A stretch of DNA of 51,699 bases from Eledone cirrhosa (Eukaryota): positions 1 through 51,699 of the forward strand of contig CAXHJY010001171.1 of NCBI GenBank assembly GCA_964016885.1. The letters run 5' to 3'. The notes under the pieces were generated by a model. The model searched no databases. It saw nothing but the letters and a program-made list of their open reading frames with translations, and was not told the origin of the DNA. This document shows positions 1 to 13,180 of this stretch, piece by piece. The position numbers and the translations under genes were made by a program. Within the stretch, counting starts at the first letter, position 1. Each line of letters begins with the position of its first letter.

Positions 1-67
1 TATATATATAATATATATATATATATTATATATATATTATATATATATATAATATATATATATATAC

Positions 68-163
<96 letters not shown>

Positions 164-190
164 TATATAGATATATATATATATATATAG

Positions 191-228
<38 letters not shown>

Positions 229-248
229 GTATATATATATATATATAG

Positions 249-311
<63 letters not shown>

Positions 312-892
312 GTATATATATATGTATATATGTATATATATATGTTATATGTATATATATATGTATATATATATATATATGTATATATATATGTATATAT
401 GTATATATATATGTTTATATGTATATATATATGTTTATATGTATATATATGTTTATATGTATATATATATGTTTATATGTATATATATATGTTTATATGT
501 ATATATATATGTTTATATGTATATATATATGTTTATATGTATATATATATGTTTATATATATATATATATGTTTATATGTATATATATATGTTTATATGT
601 ATATATATATATGTATATAATCTATATGTGTATATATATATGTGTATATATGTATATGTATATATGTGTATATATATATGTATATATATATGTATATATA
701 TGTATATATAAATATGTATATATATGTATATATATATATGTATATATATGTATATATATATGTATATATATGTATATATATATGTATGTATATGTATATA
801 TATATGTATGTATATGTATATATATATGTATATATGTGGTGTATATATATATTTGTATGTATATATATTTGTATTATATAAAAATATATATA
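1..892. repeat. (TA)n / (TATG)-interrupted microsatellite
   Basis: Almost pure TA dinucleotide with TG interruptions; overlapping YI-rich ORFs are artefacts. Confidence 0.97.
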
Positions 893-1432
893 TAATAAAT
901 GTAATCTGAGTTTTTTGAATATTAATAATAACATTCGATTAGTTTGCAATTATGCAAACAAGCCTCAATTTTATAGCCATGTCAGTAGAATGAACACTTC
1001 ATTCTTGCTCTTGTGTTGGCATGTGAACAGAACTGCAGACACTAATGTTTCTGGGTATCACCCCTCATCAGTACAACTCCGGCCATTTATCGCTCGTATA
1101 CAGGAAACTGACTGGCTAGTCTGCTGATATGCAGATTTGACTCATCAGCCAGTCTGCTAATATGGAATTCCGACTGATCAGTCACTGTGTATTTTTGAAA
1201 ATAGCATATATTTTCACTAGCTCTGACAGTTTGGCAGATGAAGGGTGATACCCAGAAACCTTAAAGTCTGCAGTTCTGTTCACATGCCAACACAAGATCA
1301 AGAATGAAGTGTTCATTCTACTGACATGGCTATAAAATTGAGGCTTGTTTGCATAATTGCAAACGAATTGAATGTTATTATTAATATTCGAAAAACTCAG
1401 ATTACATTTATTGTATTCAGCCATGTAGAGTG
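893..1432. mobile_element. Fold-back, HHR-bearing non-coding element (family A; probable Penelope pseudo-LTR derivative)
   Basis: About 180-bp inverted arms (893-1070 vs 1237-1413) flanked by TA tracts; internal ~34-bp subrepeats; second copy at 21351-22577. Confidence 0.75.
1030..1079 (-). ncRNA. Type I hammerhead ribozyme (minimal, short palindromic stem III)
   Basis: Minus strand: gagttgta CTGATGA g gggt gat accc a GAAA cat ta gtg TC tgcagttc; stem I 8 bp including G-U pairs, intact core, GUC site. Confidence 0.8.
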
Positions 1433-1507
1433 AAATTTTCTTTTTATATATATATTTCTATGTATATACATTTATATGTATATGTATATATATATATTTA
1501 TATGTAC

Positions 1508-1558
<51 letters not shown>

Positions 1559-1561
<3 letters not shown>

Positions 1562-2666
1562 ACTATATAAATTGGAAGTGGTCGGACGTTGTATATTTAA
1601 GTAAGTAGGTGTAGTCGGATAAACGTCGAAATGGCTTGGTTTACACAGTTATTTACACAGTTATGCAGAATGACCCGAGGAGGCGTTGGGTCAACTTTTA
1701 GGGTTCAAGCTTCCATGGTTACGGAGAAAATCGATGAAACAGGAATTTCTCATTCAAATTGAACTGAGAGTAATCTGTGAAAGCAGAAGTAAATATTCGA
1801 GAAACGTTGCAACCGAACGAAAACAGGAAGACGATATTTTGGTTCGTGAAGACGTTCCATGGCAATGAACGGGGCAAAAAGCGAGGATAATACGTCGTTA
1901 TGTGGAACGTAAAGAACAATTTCATACAAAGACAAGACCAAGTTTATGGTGTAAATGGAGTCGTTAGACTAATATTCTATTTAAAATAACAGAATGATTT
2001 CCAGCCCCGGAGTTTAAGAATAATGTAAATAAAATTGAAAACGAAAATAACAGAGGTTATTAAAATAGTAAAAGTAAATAGTGAAGATTTAGGCCAGTAC
2101 ATACATATGCTCCGACGGACATACACATACATACGCACACACAAATACATACCCCCCCCCCCTCCACACACACACACACACAAACCCCCTCCCCCTACAC
2201 ACACACACGCGAGCACGAACGTGTATAAACCTTATGCATTTCTACAGTATTTTCACCAAACTTAAGACATAGGTTACTTATGTGCCCCGGATGGTCATGG
2301 GCACTTTCATTTTTACAGATATTGATTATAGGCCCCCCCCCCCCCCCCTCGGCAGATAACCCCTTTAATCACTTCCTTGGAGTCGACTGAAGCACTGCAG
2401 TGCAATGCAACAAAACGTCATAACTTCTGGAGTTCGCAACCGATTTTCACAAAACTTGACACATGGGCTATGTTTCTCCTACAGATGAATGTGAACTCTC
2501 AGAATTGGCACATATTGAGTAGGGGCCCCTGGGGGCAGGAACCCCCTTTTGGAAAAAGCCGATGATTTTGTAAAAGTATAGTTTTCGAAGCAGCACTGAA
2601 GTATTGACATAAATGGTATACACAACTGCTATTTAATACCAGAGCAACGCCGGGTACCTCTGCTAG
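1559..2666 (+). mobile_element. Non-autonomous Helitron
   Basis: Starts a|TCTACTATATAAA, ends accagagcaacgccgggt (imperfect hairpin)-acctctg-CTAG|t; A/T insertion site, no TSD or TIR. Confidence 0.75.
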
Positions 2667-2707
2667 TATATATATATATTTATATGTATGTATATATCTT
2701 TATATAT

Positions 2708-3715
2708 GCAAAAGAAACCAAAGAACGCTTACATACTCAAACAGTCTTTATTCACTAACAATGTTTCATCCTCAGAGCTTAATAAATACCGTGTTGAGTA
2801 TAAGCTCCACAATAACTTAGTCACATGAACAATCAGAAAAAATAATAGGGGGATTGGAGATAGCTAACAAAGAGGTTCATGCTGGGGTTACTAAGCAACA
2901 CTGCAAAATACCAAGGTACAATTGGATTTACCAAGATGAAGACACAGTAGATGGCACTCAAAAATATAGAATGTAAAATCAAAAAGTGTGAAAGCATTAA
3001 AAAGTACATAATAAATACATAAAAATACATTAAAAAATACATGAAATACATAAAGAAATACAGGCAAATGTTAAAACATAATATAAATTATATTAAACTA
3101 GTAAAAAATAGAGATAATATAATAAAATGAAATGAAGTAAAATAAAATAAAATAAAGTAAAATAATTAAATGAAAAATATACTAAAAATAAATTAAAATA
3201 CAATAAAGTAATATAAAAAGTATAATGAAATAATAATATTAAATTAAAAAGGATTAAAAATATTTAATAAATTGAGAAAAAGTTATATGTTATGAACACT
3301 TAGAGAAAGGAAGTTATTACAAGCGCAGTTCCTAGCAACACAAGCGAGTAGGATGTCAGTAGTCTATATACAGGCGTGAAGAGATCTTTTTGGTACATCC
3401 CAAAAGATCACAGTAATTCGAATGACCATCATACTATACATACACAAGGTTTATCAGTAGGTAGCCAATTGGTGTTCACAAGTATATAGAAAGGTATCAC
3501 AAAGGCACAGGCCTCACTCAAGTAAATTGGTTATTATATGGTATTGCTGAGTGAAACAAGTAAATACATTCAAGGCATAAAAAGAAGCCATGCAAAAGCA
3601 GGTTTAGGCTAGTGTGCCATAGAATTGAAACAGTCTCAATATATTCGTTGTTATAAAACAATTGGCAAAGTTATTATTCATGCATAATTAGCAACACAAG
3701 CAGGACTAATTGTTT
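2708..3715 (-). mobile_element. Probable Penelope-like 3' UTR/pLTR remnant with decayed HHR (about 2750-2830)
   Basis: Minus strand: ttcat gtgacta ...gagctta/taagctc hairpin... GAAA cattg TT agtgaa then aataaa; bounded by TA tracts; core mutated. Confidence 0.4.
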
Positions 3716-3774
3716 ACATATTCTATATATTATATATAATATATATATATGCTCTCGGGTTAAATATACGTAGT

Positions 3775-4612
3775 AGTAGTGAGTGCTGGGTGCTTTTATG
3801 CCGTGGCACCTCCACGACCACTTTACAGTGGGAGGGGTGGCGATTATTGTCTATATGCTTCAGCTTTGGCTTGTACCCGTGGGAAGTCGGGTCTTCTGTA
3901 TTGCTGCATGACACCAGAGGTCACGGTCGTGTGTCATCGCCTTTGAGAGGTGTAATTGGGTAAGGTCGGCTTTTATCACTTCATCCCAGGTCTTCTTGGG
4001 TCTCCCCACTCCACAGCTTTCAACTTCTAGTGCTCTGCACCTTTTTATGCAGCTGTCATCCTTCATACGCATCACATGTCCATACCAACGCAACCGCCTC
4101 TCCTGCACACAGCATTTGATTCCTCTTATGCTCAGTCTCTCTCTCAATTCATTTATGCTTTGCCATTTGCGTATATTACTATTACACATCCATCGGAGCA
4201 TGCAGGCTTCGTTTCTTTCTAATCTACGTAAGTCTTCCACAGACAACGCCCAGGTCTCACTACCATGTAACATTGCTGTTCATATACACGCATCATACAG
4301 TCTGCCTTTCATTTTGAAGGAAAAGGTTTTTGCAGCTAGCAGTGGCAGTAGCTCCCTGATTTTCTTCCATCCCGTTCTTACCCTGGTTACTGTACTTTCA
4401 GAACACCCACCTCCGCTGCTAATTCGGTCACCTATGTAGTAGAAGCTGTCTACTGTTTCTACAGAGCCCTCCCAGAGCTTGGTAGTGCTTGTTTCCTGTG
4501 GCCATTTACTACTTGCCGCCCTAGTGCAGCTGCTACATATAACACCTACATTCCTAGCTAAGCTTCCTGAGATCCCACTACATCTCTTGTGTACCCATTG
4601 CATACACATTAT
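3775..4612 (-). mobile_element. RTE-clade LINE 3' fragment
   Basis: ORFs 4280-4630 and 3860-4273 give WVHKRCSG, GRLYDAC, MLHGSETW, RRLRWYGHV, GRPKKTW; frameshifted. Confidence 0.9.
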
Positions 4613-5117
4613 CTTCACACACACACACACATCTACACATAATATGCAATGACAGACAATTAATAGGTGTGCTTGAATGTATGTCTCTGTGTCTGTCTTA
4701 GTATATGTATGAGAGTGTATGTATGATCATTTTTATTTTCATTTGGATTAAAACAATAGAAAACAACACAATGACATCACATTTTGTATATGAATATGTA
4801 TGTGCCTGGGAATGTGTGTGTGCATTCATGAACGTTATTAAACACACATATACATATGTGACAACTGACAAAAAAAATTAGGTAAAAAGCTATGCGTGTG
4901 TAGCAACAATTTATTCATTTGGACACCAACAAAAAATTACACAATGAATATTGTTAACACTGAGGTGCTTCAAGATGGACAGATTTTCATTTCTAAATTC
5001 TATTATCATTACAATTTTGATATTTCTTTTATAAAATATAGATATTTTGAAATAATTATGAAAAAAATATATATATCTTCATGTTTATTGTTTACTGATA
5101 TGGATAAGAACAGCAGT

Positions 5118-5148
5118 AACTCGGGCAACACCGGGTTATTCAGCTCGT
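5118..5148 (+). mobile_element. Degenerate Helitron 3' terminus
   Basis: aactcgggcaacaccgggttattcagctcgt resembles 2638-2667 with CTAG changed to CTCG. Confidence 0.4.
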
Positions 5149-5559
5149 ATATTTATATATATGTATGTATATATATTTATATATATGTATATTCCAGCAT
5201 AATAGCTGATTTACTGAATGATAGTATCTCTTCACCACTCTCACAGCAACCACCAGTTATCATCATCACCACCACGGCAGCCATCGTCTTCTACCATGTC
5301 AACTACTGCTAATAATAATCCACTGCTTTCTTCCCCCACATCGCCACCACAGTCCTGCTGTAGTACAAAGAACCTTTAAAAAAATCTATGTAGCTGTATG
5401 CGCCCCCCACTACACAAACAAGAAACCCCAAAATATGCCGCTACTCACTACGTCAGAGGCTCTGCACACGTAGCGACTGCATCTTCACTCATTTACCTGG
5501 CACTAGACGCACAAACACTACCAGCCAACACCAAAGCATACTTCCCATAATAACACCAA

Positions 5560-8500
5560 CACCAACACCACCAAATAGTAAACTGAGAGAGAGACTATGT
5601 CTGCTGCGTGACTGTCCCTTCAGTCATCTTCCAGGGACCCAATGCACTAACAGAAAAGGGGCTCCGAGCCCACACACAAACCACAATAAAACCACACCCT
5701 GCTGCAGTAATGCTGGTCCAGTCTTTTCACAAAGTCACAAATACAACAACAACAAAAGAGGGAACTACAACCCTATGCAACAGTGTAACCACAATTCCAG
5801 TCAAAAACTGCTCCCTAAACAGGAAAATTCTTTTTTAGTCATGTTGAACCTGGCAAAAGATCATCCAAAAAACCTTTTAGCCATCACCCAATACCATCCT
5901 ATGATATTACTCCAGTGCACCCCCACATTGCTGTTACTAACACACAATCTCAAAACAAGCTCCTTGCAACAGTCAAAACCAACCACTACACTAGCCTCCA
6001 TTTCTACTCAATGCACAAGGTGTCAGCCCATCCATCAATGCACAAAAATGGAAGATCCAATTCATTGAGGATTGGGTTGGTAACCATCCACTCCACATCC
6101 CTTTCTTCATTCTGACTGAGATCCACCTTGACAACTCCCACTTGGAGGCCAAAGTAAGAGAGGAATTTCACAACCATCCGTGTGGATCGTGTTGGCAGAA
6201 GGAAGGGTGGAAATGCCATTTTCCTGTATGATTCCTTTACGGCAGATAGAAATATCACATTCTCCAATGGCTACTGTGAATCAGTCACCATGTACAACAA
6301 AGCCAATGACCTGACATTAGTATAGGCCACCACAAACACCCATAATCTGTTTCAAAGAATGACTCAACAGCATTAAATGCTTTATCAAACAGTGCCATTT
6401 TAGTAACACACTTTTGATGGGAGACTTAAGTCTAAGGCTTGGTGTTGGCTTTAAGTCTAAGTCTAATGCTAGTGTTGGTTGATCTACAAACAGTTTGAAA
6501 CCAGGCACTCCCACCTCAACCACTGACAAAGAAGCAGTCGAGTCACTTCTCCACGTTATGAATGAGTTTTTCTTGTCCCAACTTGTCCTTGCACCAACAA
6601 AGTATCTGAAGAACATTTTGGACCTAGTGTTTAGTAACCACACTAACACTATCCATAATATTACAGTGGAAAAAACCCTTCTTTCATGGTTCCTTGTAAC
6701 CTGAGATTCCACCAGCCGAAAGCTAATCCTAGGGACCTCTTTCCACCCCACCCATTTGATAACATTGATCTCTATAATGCCAACTGGGATGCAATCATGA
6801 ACGAGCTATCACACGTTGACTGGTCTTTTACACATGCACACATCTCCACCAACATCAAAACATCTTGACAGATCTTTGTAGACTGTCACAAATATATGTG
6901 CAAAACACACCCCACCAAAACCTGTGAACAAAACTAAGTGCAGTATCCCCCAAAACAGAAAAACTATTATAAGTAAAATAAAAAGGACAAACAAAAAAAT
7001 TAACACACTAAAATACTGCCAACAGCAACACACTCATTTGACAGCTATCGCACTGCTTGAATCAAATAAATATAACCTCCAACAATGCATGAAGACCACC
7101 ATCAATAACCAGAGAATAGCTGAAGAGAGGTGGGCCATTGAGAAAATCAAACTCAACTCCAAAGTGTTCTTTTCATTTATGAAAAAAACACAAGGTCACT
7201 GCCTCCACTGTTGGGTCTCTGATGAAAATGGTACACTCCAAGATAATGCCAAAACCATGGGTGATATACTGCAGAAATAATACTGTTCTGTTTTCAACAA
7301 TCCTGTTATGGCCGATCTGGGCCGTATCAGTGATGTTAACCCCCAACACACTATATCAGACATAACGTTTGGCGCCCCTGATGTCTTAGCAGCAATAAAC
7401 AAAATTAAACACAATTCAGCTGTAGGCCCCGATAGGTTCTCTGCTTTTGTCCTGAAGGTGTGTTGACACCAACTTGCAACCCCTCTTGACAATCTGTGGA
7501 GGAACTCACTGGACACTGGTTATATTCCTGAAAACTTTCTGTTCCAGTCTTCAAAAAGGGAAATAAGTCCCTTGCAGTGAACTACCGTCTGATCTGACTC
7601 ACCTCTCATATTATCAAGGTATTTGAGAGGGTGGTGAGATACGAATAACCCAGTTTCTTGAAAGTAATGGCCTGCTGAACTCGAACCAACATGGGTTCCG
7701 TAATGGAAGGGACTGCCTAACGCAGCTCCTGCATCACTTTGATGATATTTTGAGAACTTTGGGAGAGGGCTCCAACACTGATGTCATCTACCTTGATTTC
7801 AGCAAGGCCTTTGACAGGGTTGATCACAAGATTCTACTGAAAAAAAACTATCCAGCATTTGTGTCTCTGGAAATTTACTAGAGTGGATCAAGTGTTTCCT
7901 GACAGACAGAACCCAACATGTTGTAGTCGAAGGAGTAAAATCAAGCCCTGCCAAAGTCACTTCTTTTCATCATCTACTTTAATGACATTACTGACATCAT
8001 CAAGCACAGCAATATAAGAATCTTTGCAGATGATTCCAAGCTCCAAAAGGTCATCAATGAGGTGGGTGACCAGACTTGCCTTCAGTCAGACCTACTAGCT
8101 GTTATCCAATGGGCAGAAAAGAACAATACGCTGCTGAATGAGGATAAGTTCAAGTTAATCCACTTTGGAAAAGAGGATGCCCTGAAACTCCCATACTCTC
8201 TTCCTTCGGGTAAAACTCTAGTGGCTTCCAATAACATCAGAGACATGGGAGTAATTGTGGACAACAATATAAGCTGGACCACTCATATAAACAGCAAAGT
8301 TGATATGGGCCGCAGAATGTGTTCTTGGATTCTCAGAACTTTCCAGTTGAGAGATATCCACACTGTTGTCCTTCTCTACTCCACTTTTGCCTGACCCCAC
8401 CTTGAATACCTCAATTGGCCCTACTCTCTTTAACATTACACTAAAACACATTAAAACAGAGACAATTTGTCTCTGGACAAGTTGCTTCAAGATACCCCGG

Positions 8501-8650
8501 ATAAGCCTCCTACACCCAGATATGCCTCCGTAAACAATGACTCTCTACTTGAGAGGGCCATGGTGCCCAAATCCTGATTTGAAAGACTTCGCCAGGTTAG
8601 ACATGGCCTGGGCCAATACTGGGCGAAACCTATCAAAGTTACCAAAGTTA
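5560..8650 (+). mobile_element. CR1-group LINE, decayed (APE plus RT pseudogene)
   Basis: Fragments translate to RVDRVGRRKGG, NILDLVFSN, LTSHIIKVFERV, QHGFRNGRDC, YLDFSKAFDRVDH, IFADDSKL, IRDMGVIVD; many stops and frameshifts; short tandem tail caaagtta x2; 5' boundary approximate. Confidence 0.88.
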
Positions 8651-9029
8651 TATATATATTTATATATATGTATGTAATATATATATATATATATATAGAA
8701 TAGAATTAGGATTTAGCTTCATGCTATATATATATATTTATATATATATTTTTACATTCATTTGATTTATTGATTTATTGATATTTTATCTGAGTGTCCC
8801 GAATCTTCCAGATCGTAATTTTTTGGTCGTATGGTTGATTTTAGACATGTTCTACGTGTGTCGGTATTTTAACGATAGTTATAGCTCTGATTTATCTGAA
8901 TTATTGAGCCCTCTGCCGCTCATTTCGAATTTTGTTTATCGTGAACTCGTGCGCCGATTTTTCGATACTCGATTATTCTACTATATATATGTATATATAT
9001 ATTTATATGTATCTATGTATATATATGCT

Positions 9030-9080
9030 ATAGAAATGGCTTCTACAGGACTAGAACTGTTTCATTCGGGGAAATCATCA
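9030..9080 (-). ncRNA. 5'-truncated hammerhead (family C)
   Basis: Minus strand: TGATGA t ttc ccc gaa t GAAA cagttctag TC ctgtag; C3 and stem I 5' strand missing; family also near 33030, 37190, 44858, 46946. Confidence 0.5.
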
Positions 9081-9082
9081 TA

Positions 9083-9405
9083 TGAGGTCTGCTCTCACCA
9101 CCTCTGCCCATGTTTTCGTGGTCTTTGTCTACTGTGTCTTCCCTCCACTGGGATTTCTTAGCACTTCTTTACCCAGCAGTCATCCACCATGCACATCACA
9201 TGTCCATACCATCTCAGTCTTCTCTCCTGCACACCACAACTTATCCCTCTTATACCCAGTTTCTTTCTCAACTCATCTATGCTTGGTCGTTCACGCACAT
9301 TGACATTGCATACCCAACAGCATGCTTGCTTCATTTCTCTCCAGCTGTCGCATATCTTCTGCAGTTGCTGCTCATGTCTCACTACCATGCAGCATCGCAT
9401 ATCTC
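9083..9405 (-). mobile_element. RTE LINE 3' fragment
   Basis: MLHGSET and VQERRLRWYGHVMCMVDDCWVKKC on minus strand. Confidence 0.85.
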
Positions 9406-9656
9406 ACACACATATATATATGTATATATATATATATATGTGTGTATATATATGTATATATAAATGTATATATATATGTGTATGTATATATATATTTATA
9501 TATGTAGGTATGTATGTATATATATATGTATGTATATGTATATATATATGTATGTATATGTATGTATATGTATATGTATGTATATGTATGTATATATATA
9601 TGCATGTATGTATGTATGTATGTATGTATGTGTATGTATGTATGTATATATGTATG

Positions 9657-9695
<39 letters not shown>

Positions 9696-9698
9696 GTA
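9406..9698. repeat. (TA)/(TATG) microsatellite
   Basis: Direct inspection. Confidence 0.95.
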
Positions 9699-10310
9699 TC
9701 AGGTCACCAGTTGGTGCTACTGGTAACATGTATCCCAGTACAACCTGTCTCATGGTCGGGTCGTTGGCGACTAAACTGGCAACCCCACCAAGGTTTCTTG
9801 GTGAGGAGGGTGACTTTGGACATCCTGCAGGACTAAAAACAAAACCTGTCAAAGGGCAAAGGGGCTCTTAAGAGTCAATGGCCATCCAAAATCACCGGGA
9901 GAGATGACCCCTTAGCCTTTGTCAAGGCAGAATTCTAGGAGAAGGAAAACTCTGATATAACACCTGCAACCCTGATGGTATCCAATGATGTTGACTTGTT
10001 CTTCTTTTTGGTAAATATCATCTTGGTTAAGAGAGTGGGACTGGCTTTGTGCAGTGCCTTTGCTCACTATAAAAGCTTCACGGCACAGGCATTGCTTTAT
10101 ATCTGGAGATCTCTCTGCACTTGCCGTCACATGGTACCAAGGGCCCAGCACTATGTGTCAATAATTGTCACAAGTGTAGTGTTTGTACCAGAGTTTTCAA
10201 GTCGCTGGCTGGACTAAAAAGTCACACTCGTTCAGCGCATCGGTAGGGGTTCTCCTACATGGATATAAAGTAGTGGCCGTACTCGAAAACGAGTTGGCAG
10301 CCGCCATGTG
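9699..10310 (+). mobile_element. Possible LINE 5' UTR fragment
   Basis: GC-richer island between TA tracts resembling RTE leader sequences; no diagnostic protein motif. Confidence 0.25.
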
Positions 10311-10319
10311 TATGTATAT

Positions 10320-11035
10320 ATCATCATCATCGCCGTTTAACATACGTTCTTCCAGGCTAGCATGGGTTAGACAGGTTGTCTTGTGGGCAGTGTCCGGTCG
10401 GCTGACCATGTCTTCCTCATATGGCTTGATTTCTACAGCTGGATGCGCTTCCTAACACCAACCTCATTTACAGTGAGTGCTGGGTGCTTTTTTGCCGTGG
10501 CACCTCCATGACCTCTTTACAGTGGGATGGGCATATTGTCTATATGCTTCAACTACAGCTTGTACCCCTGGGAAGTCGGGTCTTCTGTATTACTGTGTGA
10601 AGCCAGAGGTCACAGTCATGTGTCATCGCCTTTGAGAGGAACAACAGGGTAAGATGAGCTTTTATCACCTCATCCCTGGTCTTCTTGGGTCTCCCCACTC
10701 CAAGGGAGGTGCTCTGCACCTTTTTATGCAGCTGTCATCCTTCATACACATCACATGCTCATACCAACGCAACCTCCTCTCCTGTACACAGCATTTGATT
10801 CCTTTTATGCTCAGTCTCTCTCTCAATATATATATATTTATATATATGTATGTATCATCATCATCATCATCCTTTTACATCCGCTTTTCCCTGCTTGCAA
10901 GGGTGGGACGGGTCCTATTCATTCAGCACAGCATCTCTCCACTTGTCACAGTCATTCGTCATCTCCTCTGTGAGCTTCAGCGATCTGAGGTCAGCTCTCA
11001 CCACCTCCACCCATGTTTTTTGTGGTCTGCCTCTT
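10320..11035 (-). mobile_element. Two RTE 3'-end fragments with (CAT)n tails
   Basis: catcatcat tails at 10321 and 10855; homologous to 3775-4145 and 21130-21300. Confidence 0.85.
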
Positions 11036-11048
11036 TATTTATTTATAC

Positions 11049-11102
<54 letters not shown>

Positions 11103-11134
11103 GTATATATATATGTATATATTTATTATATATA

Positions 11135-11728
11135 GGAATATAAAAAGCAACAACAACACAGGAGTACAAGTTACAAAAGGTATTAGGTTCACACTTAGTG
11201 AGAGTGAGGTGTGTGGGTGCCACGTTTCGGGCAGAAGCCCTTCATCTGGAGAGTGGCGGAGGGGGAACTCCGAGGGGAGAAAAAAGTAAAACATGAAGTG
11301 GAAAATATAAGTTAAAATACAAATTGTGAAAAGATGTGAGGTGTGTAGGGGTGGTGGGGTGTGGGGGTGGATGGAGGGGGAGAGAGATGGCTAAGGAAAA
11401 AAGACGTCCGTGTGAGAGGGGCGGAAAGTGAGATGTGTGTGTGTGGTAGGTGTACATGTGCGTGTATATGCGGGGTTGCGTGCTTGTGGGTTTTGGAAAA
11501 TATTGTGTATGTTGGGGTGGAGTGTATGTCTGTGTGCATGTGGATGGAAAGGGGTCAGATGGGGTGGGGCAGAGTGTACGGAATCCAGAGGCAGAATGGG
11601 TGGTCACATGTGTGGTGTGGAATGTATGGTTGTGTGTGTAAACTGTTGGTAACATCCGTGGGAATGGTGTGGAGGAAGTAGAATGTTATGGGGAGGGGGG
11701 CACAACAGGAAGTAGTCAAGGGGTGGTC
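11135..11728 (-). mobile_element. Penelope-like 3' tail with decayed HHR (11218-11258)
   Basis: Minus strand: CAGATGA a gggc ttct gccc GAAAC gtggc; core U4A and cleavage site lost. Confidence 0.4.
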
Positions 11729-11880
11729 AGAAGATCCCGTTAAGGGTGAAAGCAGCGATTCTTTGCTTAAACTTTAATCTGTTATTTTAATAAATATTTG
11801 CTCTACGGTTCTTATATATTTCATATATATTTATCCTTATCGAGCCCTCTTTGGATTTTAGTCTTCAATTTTATTATTAT
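11729..11880 (+). ncRNA. 5'-truncated hammerhead plus tail (family D)
   Basis: aGAAGA t ccc gttaa ggg t GAAA gca gcgattctt tgc TT aaac; first 69 bp identical to 50642-50710; related fold-back at 12660-12722. Confidence 0.5.
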
Positions 11881-12214
11881 TACTATATATATATATAAAC
11901 AGACCCATGCTAGCATGGAAGATGGACATTAAACGATGATGATGATATATGTCACTAATAATTTCTGTTATATTTCCTACATACCCAGACAAACCAGACA
12001 TATAAATACTGTTGTTACAGACAGACATCATCATAAAACACTATATACACCACCAATATTTGCTGATATACTCTCAAAATTACATACAACATACTTATCC
12101 TCCTTTTTTCTACTTCATATTTTCTAACCTCTCTATTATTGTACTCCCCTGATGATGGATTAGCATCTCGTACTTTGAGATTCTTTTCTCTCTTTCATCC
12201 AAAGTATGAACCTA

Positions 12215-12530
12215 ACAACACTAATGCTTGCATGGGTTGGACAGGTCCTTCTCAGCACAGCATCTCTCCACTTGTCATGTTCCTTCACCATCTCCTCTTC
12301 CAGTCTCAGTGATTTGAGGTCTGCTCTCACCACCTCTGCCCAGATCTTATTTGGTCGTCCTCTACTATGGCTTCCTTCCACTGGCATTTCCTGGTGCTTC
12401 TTCATCCAACAACCATTGTCCATATGCATCACATGTCCAAACCAAAAGCCTTCTTTCCTGCACACCACCTCAAATTTCTCTTAAACCCAGTTTTTCCCTT
12501 AGTTCATCCAAGCTCTGTCTTTCTCTCACA
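12215..12530 (-). mobile_element. RTE LINE 3' fragment
   Basis: ORF 12160-12468: WFGHVMHMD...RGRPNKIW. Confidence 0.85.
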
Positions 12531-12779
12531 CTTATATATAAATATATATATATAAGTGTGTGTGTGTGTGTAGTAACTATAAACACAAACCCCAAGATCC
12601 TGAGAGGTTTCCATATGGGTTGTATATAAGCTCTTTGACCAAATATTTACTATAAGCACAGATTAAAGTCTAAGCAAACCAGCTTTCCTTTCACCTAAAC
12701 TGTTCGCTTAAACTTTTAATCTTGGCTAATGATAATAATAATATATATATATAATATTTATACACATTAATATATATAT

Positions 12780-12988
12780 ATGAATGTATGTATAGTATAT
12801 TTGGCAATATACTATATGTTTACTTAAAAACATTTAGAAGACCATACACTATCAGTTTTAAAGTAGTGACTATGTCACTTACTTCTTTTCGGCGAAAGAA
12901 GAGAGAAAAGCTGACAGTTTTTTCACACTTCTAAATGTTTTTAACTAAACATACGGTATATTGCCAAATATACTATATATACATTCAT
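12780..12988. repeat. Fold-back insert (61-bp arms), family B tail
   Basis: Arms 12780-12840 and 12928-12988; homologous to 25120-25250 downstream of the UUGAUAA hammerhead. Confidence 0.8.
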
Positions 12989-13180
12989 GTATTCATTGCT
13001 ATTTCAGAGCACCAGCCCTAATATATATGTATAATTGGTTACAACAGTCATATATACAGGTACTTAAGTTTCGTTGGGTTATACACCTGTACATACTACA
13101 GTATATATATCAAGTATGTTTTGAAACAGTGAGCAAGTTTGAAAATAGAAATAGCAGCGTTTGCAGTATTTTTGACTAAA

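Noticed and set aside
227-949. Long YI/MC-rich ORFs (also near 9189-9871, 38354-38659, 49912-51698)
   Set aside because: Translations of TA/TG microsatellites
12149-12205. CTGATGA tggat...atcca hairpin
   Set aside because: No GAAA/UH half; interrupted by an RTE fragment, so it cannot be supported
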